Below are positions 9,810 to 18,925 of a stretch of DNA of 32,000 nt, piece after piece. Under the pieces are notes generated by a model that worked only from the letters and a program-made list of their open reading frames with translations, had not been told where the DNA came from and ran no database searches. Location of the stretch: NCBI GenBank assembly GCA_028710695.1, contig JAQTTP010000005.1, forward strand, positions 30,001 to 62,000. The letters run 5' to 3'. Origin of the DNA: Candidatus Iainarchaeum sp. (GTDB lineage Archaea > Iainarchaeota > Iainarchaeia > Iainarchaeales > 0-14-0-20-30-16). The position numbers were made by a program, and so were the translations under genes. Positions within the stretch are counted from its first letter, which is position 1. Each line of letters starts with the position of its first letter.

Positions 9810-10517
9810 TTACCTCTTTTTACAAACAACAAACCGCCTGAAAGAAAAGTATTTCAAAATAGGCATACTTGAAATTAATTCATCCACCATTTTATTACAA
9901 ATTATTAAGTCTAAACCTTTTTTAAGAATATTTATTCCTACACGAGGAATAATTTCAAAAGTTCTCTCTTCTACAATATCAAAACCACAAACATTTAGTG
10001 TATGTTTTAATTTTTTATTAGATACAAAAAATTGAGGCACCTTAAATCTTTTTTTTGAGTACAAGGCATTAAGGCTATGAGAAATACCACAGTCCAATAT
10101 TAACAAACCCCCCTTTTTTAAAACCCTATTTAATTCTTTTATCACACTATCAAAGGCCTCAATATAATAACAAGTAGAAAAACAAGTAACCATATCAAAA
10201 TAATTATTTTTAAAAGACAAATTAAGCAGGTTTCCTTGAACTAAGGTTATATTTTTTAGATTCTGTTTTTCAATAGATTTCGCAAATTCGGAAAGCATTT
10301 CTTGAGAAAAGTCAACTGCAATGATTTTTTCTGCTTTATTAGACATAGGCACAGTATATATTCCATTACCACAACCTGCGTCAAAAACTATTGATTCACT
10401 AGTAATATATTTATTTATAAGTTCTAAACGGATTTTATACAATCCGGAAGCAGCTTTCATAGTTTTTGCCATATTGGCATAGTATTTTTTAACTTTATTT
10501 TCGTAATTCTTTTTCAT
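9810..10517 (-). CDS. Class I SAM-dependent methyltransferase
   Basis: SIVFDAGCGNGIYTVPMSNKAEKIIAVDFSQEMLSEF; DMVTCFSTCYYI; LKKGGLLILDCG. Confidence 0.87.
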   Translation of the reverse strand: MKKNYENKVKKYYANMAKTMKAASGLYKIRLELINKYITSESIVFDAGCGNGIYTVPMSNKAEKIIAVDFSQEMLSEFAKSIEKQNLKNITLVQGNLLNLSFKNNYFDMVTCFSTCYYIEAFDSVIKELNRVLKKGGLLILDCGISHSLNALYSKKRFKVPQFFVSNKKLKHTLNVCGFDIVEERTFEIIPRVGINILKKGLDLIICNKMVDELISSMPILKYFSFRRFVVCKKR

Positions 10518-11035
10518 TTAAAAAACCGCCAGTACAGTTTAGCAAGTATCTTGGTAATTCTCCCGCCAGTTAAACTTTTTTTTGGGTTAGGAAAACTATT
10601 CATAAGTTCTTTAGGATTCCACTTAAATTTCCAATCGGCGGGCCCTGCTAAATCCAAGCCCAAATTTCCTTCTTCAATACTTAACTTTAAAGAATTATAT
10701 ATTAAATAAGAAAACGCATAATATGGACTTTCAGAGTCTATAGATACTCCTTGTATAACCAAATAACCATCTTTAAATTTATAAAGCGCAAAAGAGCAAC
10801 AATATTTATTATTTATAGTATAAATTCCAAAATATCTTCTTTTAAACGGTAACTTAAAGGGGGGCATTAAAAGTCCTTTTCTTTTTCTATACTGCCTTAA
10901 GTTTTTTTTATGCTCATCAAAAATTATCTCTTTAAAGATCAATCCTTCACGAGTACCACGATTAATTTCATGCCTAATATCTTTTGGCAAATTATTTAAA
11001 TTCAACCAATCTTTTTCTAAAACTAATGTTTTCAT
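10514..11035 (-). CDS. Possible GNAT/FemAB-like acyltransferase
   Basis: 173 aa, GVSIDSESPYYAFSYLIYNSLKLSIEEGNLGLDLAGP resembles the C-terminal half of GNAT/FemAB-like proteins; overlaps the upstream methyltransferase by 4 nt. Confidence 0.4.
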   Translation of the reverse strand: MKTLVLEKDWLNLNNLPKDIRHEINRGTREGLIFKEIIFDEHKKNLRQYRKRKGLLMPPFKLPFKRRYFGIYTINNKYCCSFALYKFKDGYLVIQGVSIDSESPYYAFSYLIYNSLKLSIEEGNLGLDLAGPADWKFKWNPKELMNSFPNPKKSLTGGRITKILAKLYWRFFK

Positions 11036-11070
11036 TCCATCACCAATTATGGGGGGTAACCAATTTATTT

Positions 11071-11826
11071 TTAATATCTTGATTTTTTAAGTACAAAAAA
11101 CAAGGAATCTGAATTTCCTTGAAAAATCTTTCCCAACATATATAGGCAGTTATAAGTTATTTTAAAGTGCGACAATGCAGCATGTACCTTTGTATGTGGC
11201 ACTATAAACCCTATACCTTTATCTTCAACAACTTTAAATCCTGCTGTTTTTGCCAATTGATAAAATGATTTTTTTGTATAAAAGTGAACGTGGTCTGTAT
11301 TTTTTAAGATTTTAGGCTGTACTATATTATTCCTGAATTTACATATAAGATTTCCTTCATTTGGTACACCAACTATTAAGATGCCTTCTTTTTTCAATAA
11401 TTTGTTCATAGATTGCAAAAGACCCACATCGTCAGGGATGTGCTCCAACATGTGATGAAGAAGGATTACATCAAAAGACTCTTTTTGAAAACCCGGGTTA
11501 AAAGCATCTCTGTGAAAAAAATCAACATTTTTTACAAGTTTCTTTGCCCTCTTTACTCTTATTGGGTTATAATCAATTCCGGTTATAATGGCATTATTAA
11601 TTTTTAATAAATGCTTTGTCATTGCACCGTCGCCACAGCCAATATCAAGTATTTTTATTTTCGACAACCCTTTACAAAATCTGTTTATAATACTTAATAA
11701 ATATTCAACTCTCTTCTCATGATGATGTTTATAATGCCCTTTTTCAAGATATGCGGTTTGATCACCAACATACCATTCATTAGAGTCAAGTATTTTTTTT
11801 GTCACAATAGTTTTAGTTTTAGCCAT
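11071..11826 (-). CDS. Class I SAM-dependent methyltransferase
   Basis: IKILDIGCGDGAMTKHLLK, DVILLHHMLEHIPDDVGLLQ, LKKEGILIVGVPNEGN; GGTGAT upstream of ATG. Confidence 0.88.
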   Translation of the reverse strand: MAKTKTIVTKKILDSNEWYVGDQTAYLEKGHYKHHHEKRVEYLLSIINRFCKGLSKIKILDIGCGDGAMTKHLLKINNAIITGIDYNPIRVKRAKKLVKNVDFFHRDAFNPGFQKESFDVILLHHMLEHIPDDVGLLQSMNKLLKKEGILIVGVPNEGNLICKFRNNIVQPKILKNTDHVHFYTKKSFYQLAKTAGFKVVEDKGIGFIVPHTKVHAALSHFKITYNCLYMLGKIFQGNSDSLFFVLKKSRY

Positions 11827-11837
11827 AAAATCACCAA

Positions 11838-12926
11838 TTATATATTCTTTTTTATGAGTTCAATCTCATAATTTAATATTACATTCATATTATATTTTTT
11901 AGTTACAAAAAGTCGCGCATTATTACCACTAGTTTTCCAATTTTCTTTATCCAAAATAAAAAATATGTTTTTTGCCATAGCTTCACTATTTTTTGGTAAA
12001 CTTAAAAAAGCAGTTTTTCCCACAATTGTGTTATTATGAAACGGCTCAAGATCAGTAGCAATAATTGGCAAGCCGCAAGCTTGAGCTTCTATTATCGGAA
12101 TAGCAAAACCCTCATGTAATGTGGCAGTAATGAAAAATTTGGCTTTATTATAATAATCTGGAAGTTTATTATGTGGTATTGGCCCAAGATAAATCAATCC
12201 TTTTTTTCTAGGAATTTCAATTGGCCCCGCACCGATAATTGCTAATTTAAATAACGGAAATTTTTGTCTAACTATGTCAAAGGTTTTTACAAGATATTCT
12301 ATCCCTTTTCGCGGTATTAACGATCCAACATAAATTGCATCATACTCTTTGGTTATTTTTTGTGGCTTAAAGAGCTTACAATCAACAAAATTCGGCACCA
12401 AATACATATTTTTCCACTTTAGCTCATCGATATACATTTTGTCAATCACAAAAGTCAAACTTACGGCATACTTTGTTATAAACTCACAGAATCTAAATAA
12501 AATCTTGTGGAAGACACCATAGTTATAAGTTTTTGCAAGACCCCTATAAGTACCATGTATTGAACAGACAAAAGGGATTCTTCTAATCTTTGAGACCAGA
12601 CCTAACAATGCAGATTTAACAAAAGTAGAACCTTCAAGTGCTCTGGTAAAATTTATTTTATATTTTTTACACAATTTAAAAGTGTAGTAAGCTTGTTTTA
12701 AGAGGCTAATTAGTTTAATTTTTGAAGCGGCCACATTAATTATTTTTATATTTGGATATGAAAAAGTTACAGATCCCTTATCCACATTTAAAATATAAAC
12801 GGGCCCTAAATTATCAGCATAATATCTAAATCTGTCCATAAATTGGTCTAGATTTCCTTGTTTTACATATATACTTAGAGGGTCATTTGGTAATACTAAA
12901 CAATTATATTTCATTTCTTCACCCAA
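11838..12926 (-). CDS. Glycosyltransferase family 4-like
   Basis: Typical GT4 C-terminal: YVGSLIPRKGIEYLVKTFDIV, ATLHEGFAIPIIEAQACGLPIIATD. Confidence 0.88.
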   Translation of the reverse strand: MGEEMKYNCLVLPNDPLSIYVKQGNLDQFMDRFRYYADNLGPVYILNVDKGSVTFSYPNIKIINVAASKIKLISLLKQAYYTFKLCKKYKINFTRALEGSTFVKSALLGLVSKIRRIPFVCSIHGTYRGLAKTYNYGVFHKILFRFCEFITKYAVSLTFVIDKMYIDELKWKNMYLVPNFVDCKLFKPQKITKEYDAIYVGSLIPRKGIEYLVKTFDIVRQKFPLFKLAIIGAGPIEIPRKKGLIYLGPIPHNKLPDYYNKAKFFITATLHEGFAIPIIEAQACGLPIIATDLEPFHNNTIVGKTAFLSLPKNSEAMAKNIFFILDKENWKTSGNNARLFVTKKYNMNVILNYEIELIKKNI

Positions 12927-13789
12927 GATTTTGCAACTTCTTCACAAGTTTTAACTTTAATTTTATTCTCACACAAAAACTCTAAACTATCCTCAAAGCT
13001 TTTACAATTTGCTACGTCTGCAGGATCAAAATAAAAGGTTCCTACTGCATTGTGCTTTTTTATTATTTTGACGGCTTTCTTGAAAACATCCACAAAATCT
13101 CCTGATTTTGCATGCGCAGGAGGATTTGAACGAAAACAATGCCAACTGTCAAAGAGAGGAAAGTAATGTTCTGGACAAACCATAAGGGGTAATTCTAAAA
13201 CAGAGTAATTTTGATTACTAGACTCTAAAAAATTTGTTTTTGACGGATAATATGGCAAACCATATGATTTTGTTCTAGTTAACATCGTTGAACTTGAATA
13301 TAAATATCCCAATTCTTCTAATAAAGGGTATACAAACTGTCCATGCAAATTACCTAAATGAGGGGTTCTAAATCCAACAGGCTTGTAATCAAAATACTTT
13401 TTGCATAATTCTTCAAATTTCACTATTTCTCTATTTTGTTCTTTTTGAGTTATTTTATTAAAAAAATTATTGTTGAATACGGAATTAGGATGTGAATAAG
13501 TATGATTTATTATTTCGTGACCATCATCAAGAATTTTTCGATGAATTCGCGGATATTTTTCAATCCATTTACCTATGCAGGCAAAAGAACTTTTTATGTT
13601 ATAGGAATTAAGCAATTCTAACAAATTAGGTAAGACACCCATATCTGGGGGCATATCACAATCAAAACTTATACTAAAAATGCTTTCTTTTAATTTGCTT
13701 TGATTTTTTGAAAAATAATTGTTAAGCATAATAGGAGATATTGGTTTAATGACTTTACGAGCAAATTTTCTCAAAAGATTTATCTGCAT
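12911..13789 (-). CDS. Polysaccharide deacetylase-like (NodB fold)
   Basis: SFDCDMPPDM, SSFACIGKWIEKYPRIHRKILDDGHEIINHTYSHP, VGFRTPHLG; NodB motifs (FDxD, HxxxH, RxPx). Confidence 0.85.
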   Translation of the reverse strand: MQINLLRKFARKVIKPISPIMLNNYFSKNQSKLKESIFSISFDCDMPPDMGVLPNLLELLNSYNIKSSFACIGKWIEKYPRIHRKILDDGHEIINHTYSHPNSVFNNNFFNKITQKEQNREIVKFEELCKKYFDYKPVGFRTPHLGNLHGQFVYPLLEELGYLYSSSTMLTRTKSYGLPYYPSKTNFLESSNQNYSVLELPLMVCPEHYFPLFDSWHCFRSNPPAHAKSGDFVDVFKKAVKIIKKHNAVGTFYFDPADVANCKSFEDSLEFLCENKIKVKTCEEVAKSWVKK

Positions 13790-13863
13790 AATATCACAAT
13801 CTCAAACATTTACTATATATAAATATAATGTATATATTATTTATATCTTATTGGTGAGATTCC

Positions 13864-15042
13864 ATGGCTTTAAAAGAAGGATTTAAAACTAATTTGGTAC
13901 AGGTTCACCCCGGAATTGTTTACATTTGTGTTTATGGGGCATATAATCCTGAACAGCCACGCATATCAAAACTCGCGGCATCATTAGTTAAATCAAATTA
14001 TAAAATAAAATGGGTTGTTTGTTCAGGCAAAGGAGAAAACATTATCGAAACAAAAGCAAAATCAAAGATCGATTATCTAATTAAAGCCACTAAATATTTA
14101 AGAAAAACTCTTAAACCACAAGATCTTGTTCTTTGTTATGTACATATTGGTGGAATAGTCGGCTTTTTTTCAACGCTTGGCAAAAAAACAAAATTTATTT
14201 ATGATTATCCAGACCCATGGGTTGGATGGTATTACTATAAAACAAAAAATGATAACTTAAATTGGAAGATTGGCAGAATATTATTTTTCTGGTTAGAAAA
14301 ATTGTTGTACAAAAGCGCAGCATATGTTACCACTGCGAGCTTTTCACAATTAGAGTTTTTGCAAAAACAACATGGCAAAAAAGAAAATTCTGCAGTAATA
14401 TTAAATTGCCCAGATATTAATATATTTAATAAAAACAATAAAGACGGGGGATTAATTACTAAATTAGGATTAAATAACAAAACTATTTTAATATATTTGG
14501 GGACCATATTAGAAGAATATGGCTGTGATATTTTATTAGATGCATTTTCAGAAATTTATAAAAAAGATCCAAACACACAGTTATTATTTTTAGGAAAAGC
14601 AAAATCACCACAATTTCAAAAAGAATTAGAAAAAAAAGTTTTAAGTTATAAAATAACTAAGGCCGTTACATTTTTACCACCTGTGTCAAAAATACAAGTT
14701 CCGCAATATTTGAATATTGCAAAAATTGGTTTTGTTCCGTTTAAAAATAGGTTTTATAATAATGTTGGCAGCCCAAACAAACTTTTCGAATATCTGGCTT
14801 GCGGAGTTGTACCTATTGTTTCGGATATGACTGAATTTAAACACTATATTATCGACAAAAAAAATGGTTTTTTAGTTCAACCAGAAAATGTTAAAGAATT
14901 AGTCAATAAAACTATCGAAATATTAAACAAAGATTCTGTGAAGGAAATTGTGCACCTAAATGAGAAGTTGGTAAAGGAAAAATATAACTGGGATTTACAA
15001 GAAAAACAATTTTTAAAGATAATAAAAAAAGTAAGCAAATAA
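13864..15042 (+). CDS. Glycosyltransferase family 4-like; one of the few plus-strand genes
   Basis: TKFIYDYPDPW, YLGTILEEYGCDILLDAFSEI, GFVPFKNRFYNNVGSPNKLFEYLACGVVPIVSD; preceded by TTGGTGAGATTCCATG and TATA-like tract. Confidence 0.87.
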   Translation: MALKEGFKTNLVQVHPGIVYICVYGAYNPEQPRISKLAASLVKSNYKIKWVVCSGKGENIIETKAKSKIDYLIKATKYLRKTLKPQDLVLCYVHIGGIVGFFSTLGKKTKFIYDYPDPWVGWYYYKTKNDNLNWKIGRILFFWLEKLLYKSAAYVTTASFSQLEFLQKQHGKKENSAVILNCPDINIFNKNNKDGGLITKLGLNNKTILIYLGTILEEYGCDILLDAFSEIYKKDPNTQLLFLGKAKSPQFQKELEKKVLSYKITKAVTFLPPVSKIQVPQYLNIAKIGFVPFKNRFYNNVGSPNKLFEYLACGVVPIVSDMTEFKHYIIDKKNGFLVQPENVKELVNKTIEILNKDSVKEIVHLNEKLVKEKYNWDLQEKQFLKIIKKVSK

Positions 15043-15050
15043 AAAACAGC

Positions 15051-16181
15051 TTATTTCTTGCCCAATTTAGAAATACCAGATTTTAAAATTAGATTGTATT
15101 CTTTTATGAAATCTTTTATAACTATATTCCAATCAAAATCTTTTGCTTTTATTTTTGCAGATACTGCTAATTTTTCACAACTCTTAAAATTGTTACAGAC
15201 ATAAACCATTTTTTTATACAAATCATCACTGTTACCCATTTTAACTTTTAAACCGGTTTTTTCATTTTCTACATAGGGTAAACTAGTTATTATTATTTTT
15301 CCTGCAGCCATTGCTTCTAATAATGCAACTGGTTGCCCAGTTTCAAAGGATGGCAGAACAAATACATCATTGTTCATTAAAAAGGAGGGCATATCTTTAA
15401 CCCACCCAAAAAAGGCCACATTTTTAGTTTTATTAACAACAACAAACTTTTCTAATTCGCTTTTCAATAAACCATCGCCGCCAATATTTAATTTAACATT
15501 ATATTCTTTTGATAATTTGGTATATGCTTCAAAAAGAATTCTAAGCCCTTTTACTTCTTCAAGCCTACCCATAAAAACAAACCTAATTTCTTTCCACGTT
15601 TTATTAGTTTTATTAAAATCACCTAAATCTATAGCATTAGTCATAAGCTTATTATTTAATTTTGGATATTTTTGCAGCATTTCAGTCCTAGAAATTGGAC
15701 TTACAAATAAAACTTTGGACGCCCTTTTTATGGCGAAATCATTTAAAAAATATAAAAACTTTTTTATTGGAAAAAACCAACCTCTCGGCAACCCATGTGG
15801 AGTATAGACTAAGGGGACATTAAATTTATTTTTTAACAAAGCACCAAAAAAGCCACCTACTTGTCCATGCGCATGAATAAGATCTATTTTTTCTGCCTTT
15901 ATTATTTCTTTAGCCTTAAAATATGCTAAAAAGTTAAATGATAGGTTTCTTAAAAAAGTATTATTAATAAATGGAACACGCCAAACTTTTATTTTTCCTG
16001 TTGTTTCATACTTACTTTGATTAGGAAATAGTCGAGTAATTATAAATATATTCTGGTTATTTTTTGCAAGAAATCTACTAAGTTTATCAACATGAATTTC
16101 TATTCCGCCAGATGGTTTTTTCTCAAAACCAGCTCCAGAATGAAAAGGCCATTCTTTTGATCCAATTAAAAGTATTCGCAT
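15051..16181 (-). CDS. Glycosyltransferase family 4-like
   Basis: GGIEIHVDKLSRFLAKNNQNIFIIT, LIHAHGQVGGFFG, FVFMGRLEEVKGLRILFEAY, LLEAMAAGKIIITS. Confidence 0.9.
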   Translation of the reverse strand: MRILLIGSKEWPFHSGAGFEKKPSGGIEIHVDKLSRFLAKNNQNIFIITRLFPNQSKYETTGKIKVWRVPFINNTFLRNLSFNFLAYFKAKEIIKAEKIDLIHAHGQVGGFFGALLKNKFNVPLVYTPHGLPRGWFFPIKKFLYFLNDFAIKRASKVLFVSPISRTEMLQKYPKLNNKLMTNAIDLGDFNKTNKTWKEIRFVFMGRLEEVKGLRILFEAYTKLSKEYNVKLNIGGDGLLKSELEKFVVVNKTKNVAFFGWVKDMPSFLMNNDVFVLPSFETGQPVALLEAMAAGKIIITSLPYVENEKTGLKVKMGNSDDLYKKMVYVCNNFKSCEKLAVSAKIKAKDFDWNIVIKDFIKEYNLILKSGISKLGKK

Positions 16182-17291
16182 TTATTCACCCAACCTTTTT
16201 ATAGTACTAACAACTTTAATTAAATCTTCTTTCTTTAATAAAGGATGAACCGGCAGACTTACAACTTCTTTTGCAAGTTTTTCTGAAACGGGGAAATCTC
16301 CTTCTTTATAACCCAATTTTTGGAATTGAGGATGTAAATGTAATGGTTTAGGATAATAAATTCCAGGGAATATTTCTTGTTCTTTTAATTTTGCAACAAA
16401 GGTATCCCTATTCATTGGAAATTCACTAGTTATTCTAATTGTAAACTGATGCCAACAAGGCTCATGGCCTTCCTCAACAACAGGCAATATTAGCCCCTTT
16501 ATACCCTTCAAATTTTTCAACAGGTATTTTGCATTTTTTTGCCTCTTCTGTGTAAATTTGTCCAACCTATCTAACTGAACTAAAGCAATACTTGCTAAAA
16601 CATCAGTTAATCTATAATTATACCCTAAATCTACATATGCATAATCACCAGATTGTTGCATCCCATGCTGTCTAAATCTTTTTGCCCGTTCCATAACCTC
16701 TTCCGAATTTGTTGTTAACAACCCACCTTCTCCAGACATCATATTCTTAGTCGCATATAAACTAAATGCGCCTGCATTACCTAAATTACCTGCAAATTTG
16801 TCTTTGTATTTAGCATTATGTGATTGACAAGCATCTTCCAAAACTACAAGATTATGTTTCTTTGCAATTGCATTAATTAAATCCATATCACAACACAAGC
16901 CATAAAGATGTATTGGCAAAATTGCTTTTGTTTTTGAAGTTATTTTTTCTTCTATTTTTGTAGGGTCAATGTTAAATGTTTTCTCGTCAACATCTACAAA
17001 AATTGGTTTAGCACCAAGCATAATTGCAGGATTTGCGCTAGCAACAAATGTAAATGGCGTTGTGATTACTTCATCGCCTGATCCTATTCCCAAGCCATAA
17101 AGCCCAGCATGTAAAGCAGCAGTTCCAGAATTTAAAGCCACACAATATTTTGTGCCTACTTTTTCAGCAAATCTTTTTTCCAACTCTGCAACTTTTGGGC
17201 CTTGTGCAAGCATTCCTGATTTTAATACTTCCATTACTGCTTTTCTTTCTTTTACATCCAAATATGGTTTTGAAACCGTTATTTTACTCAT
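16182..17291 (-). CDS. DegT/DnrJ/EryC1/StrS aminotransferase (WbpE/PglE-like)
   Basis: CVALNSGTAALHAGLYGLGIGSGDEVITTPFTFVAS, LEDACQSHNAKY, AFSLYATKNMMSGEGG (PLP lysine), HQFTIR. Confidence 0.92.
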   Translation of the reverse strand: MSKITVSKPYLDVKERKAVMEVLKSGMLAQGPKVAELEKRFAEKVGTKYCVALNSGTAALHAGLYGLGIGSGDEVITTPFTFVASANPAIMLGAKPIFVDVDEKTFNIDPTKIEEKITSKTKAILPIHLYGLCCDMDLINAIAKKHNLVVLEDACQSHNAKYKDKFAGNLGNAGAFSLYATKNMMSGEGGLLTTNSEEVMERAKRFRQHGMQQSGDYAYVDLGYNYRLTDVLASIALVQLDRLDKFTQKRQKNAKYLLKNLKGIKGLILPVVEEGHEPCWHQFTIRITSEFPMNRDTFVAKLKEQEIFPGIYYPKPLHLHPQFQKLGYKEGDFPVSEKLAKEVVSLPVHPLLKKEDLIKVVSTIKRLGE

Positions 17292-17304
17292 ATATTATCA
17301 CTCA

Positions 17305-17802
17305 CTATTTACCAATTGGAAAACCATTTTTTCCTACTTTCTTAACTACTTTTGCGGGATTTCCAACAACCAAAGAGTATGGGGGTACATCTTTTGTTAC
17401 TACTGCGCCAGCACCAATAACACTATATTCTCCTAAAGTTATGCCACAAACAATTACTGCGCCAGCACCAATTGACACCCCGTCTTTAACTTCTGTTTTT
17501 GTTAATTTATCATCATTCCAGATCTCTGCCCGAGGATACAAATCATTTGTAAAAGTAGCATTTGGGCCGACAAAAACATTATTCCCAATTGTAACTCCAT
17601 GATAAACATTTACATTGTTTTGGAATTTACAGCCATTTCCTATTTTAACCCCAGAATCAACGTACACACAATGTCCAAAAATACAATTCTCACCAATTTC
17701 TGTGTTTTTACATATATGAACAAAATGCCATATTTTTGTTCCTTTTCCTATTTTTGCGCCATCATCACATACTGCAGTAGGATGTATAAAATAATCCATA
17801 AA
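17305..17802 (-). CDS. Left-handed beta-helix N-acetyltransferase (WbpD/WlbB-like)
   Basis: ORF to 17808; FIHPTAVCDDGAKIGKGTKIWHFVHICKNTEIGENCIFGHCVYVDSGVKIG hexapeptides; ends DVPPYSLVVGNPAKVVKKVG. Confidence 0.88.
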   Translation of the reverse strand, partial: FMDYFIHPTAVCDDGAKIGKGTKIWHFVHICKNTEIGENCIFGHCVYVDSGVKIGNGCKFQNNVNVYHGVTIGNNVFVGPNATFTNDLYPRAEIWNDDKLTKTEVKDGVSIGAGAVIVCGITLGEYSVIGAGAVVTKDVPPYSLVVGNPAKVVKKVGKNGFPIGK

Positions 17803-17804
17803 CA

Positions 17805-18794
17805 TCACTTAAAATTCTTTTTCAAACTCTCCAAAAGTATTATCCCATTCAAAGCATCATCTATGCTAACATATGGTTCTTCTGTGCCCGCAATACAACT
17901 TAAAAAGTTTTCAATTTCCATTAAAAGCGGTTCTTTCTTTTCAACAAGTATTTTTCTTTCTTCACCAACAGTAACGCCAGTTAATATTTGCTGATATTCT
18001 ATATTCTCTTTATGTTTCCCATTTTCATAAAAGGTAATTTCCTGGGTAATATAATCTAGGCTCAACAGCCCTTTTTTTCCGCAAATATATAATTTTCTTA
18101 TTTTTGTGGGAGATAAAATATCTGTAGATAAATTTATTACAATATTTTCTTTTGTCTTCATTAAAACTCTTATAATATCTGGATCTTTTTTATTTATGAA
18201 ATTGTGTGTTTGTAAACAAGCATAACTTACACAATCACCCATTTTACCAAGTAAGTAATTTATTATTTCTAAATCGTGTATTCCTAAGTCTGTTAGAACA
18301 TCTACATCTACTACACCTGGTGGATATGGCCCTTGCCTCAAGATATTAATATAAAAAATTTTTCCTAACTCCCCCCTAAAAACAAGATCTATTACTTTTC
18401 TTACTGCTGGATTATATCTTTCAATCTGACCAACAACACAAGTAACTCCTGCTTTTTTAATAATATCTTTAATTTCTTCAGCTTCTTTAACAGATGGTGC
18501 TGCCGGTTTTTCTAGTAAAATATTAATTTTCTTTTGAGCCACCTTTTCCACTATTGCCTTATGCAACATAGTAGGAACACATATTGACACCCCATCTAAC
18601 TGTTCGTTATTCAACATTTCATCCAAATCATAATACGCCTTACATTTGTATTTTTCCGAGAACTCATCACATTTTTTCTTATTAGAATCACATATTGCAA
18701 CTAGTTCAACATCTGGCCTTTCAAAATAAATTCTTGCATGGTTTTTTCCCATATTTCCAACACCAATTACTGCAATTTTTGGCACATTACTCAT
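17805..18794 (-). CDS. Gfo/Idh/MocA oxidoreductase (WbpB/WlbA-like UDP-GlcNAcA 3-dehydrogenase candidate)
   Basis: IAVIGVGNMGKNHARIYFERPDVELVAICD, ILLEKPAAPSVKEAEEI, DLGIHDLEIINYLLG. Confidence 0.9.
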   Translation of the reverse strand: MSNVPKIAVIGVGNMGKNHARIYFERPDVELVAICDSNKKKCDEFSEKYKCKAYYDLDEMLNNEQLDGVSICVPTMLHKAIVEKVAQKKINILLEKPAAPSVKEAEEIKDIIKKAGVTCVVGQIERYNPAVRKVIDLVFRGELGKIFYINILRQGPYPPGVVDVDVLTDLGIHDLEIINYLLGKMGDCVSYACLQTHNFINKKDPDIIRVLMKTKENIVINLSTDILSPTKIRKLYICGKKGLLSLDYITQEITFYENGKHKENIEYQQILTGVTVGEERKILVEKKEPLLMEIENFLSCIAGTEEPYVSIDDALNGIILLESLKKNFK

Positions 18795-18908
18795 AAAATC
18801 ACCTACGTCAATTAAAAATATTAAAAAAATAGAAAGTGCTAAATCTTTGTTCGTGTAAAAAGCTCTCCGCTAAAAGACAGCCAATTAATATAACTAATAA
18901 CCATTTTG

Positions 18909-18920
18909 TTTATAAAGGTT
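18909..18920 (-). promoter_or_regulatory. Probable promoter for the wbpB-like / glycan gene cluster (AACCTTTATAAA)
   Basis: Minus strand AAAAAGTAACCTTTATAAAC about 115 nt upstream of the 18794 start; nearly identical to the element at 24902. Confidence 0.5.
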
Positions 18921-18925
18921 ACTTT

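Noticed and set aside
15370-15807. Plus-strand 145-aa ORF
   Set aside because: Antisense to a clear GT4 gene.
17150-17994. Plus-strand ORFs 17150-17602, 17152-17436, 17599-17994
   Set aside because: Antisense to WbpE/WbpD/WbpB-like genes that have clear motifs.
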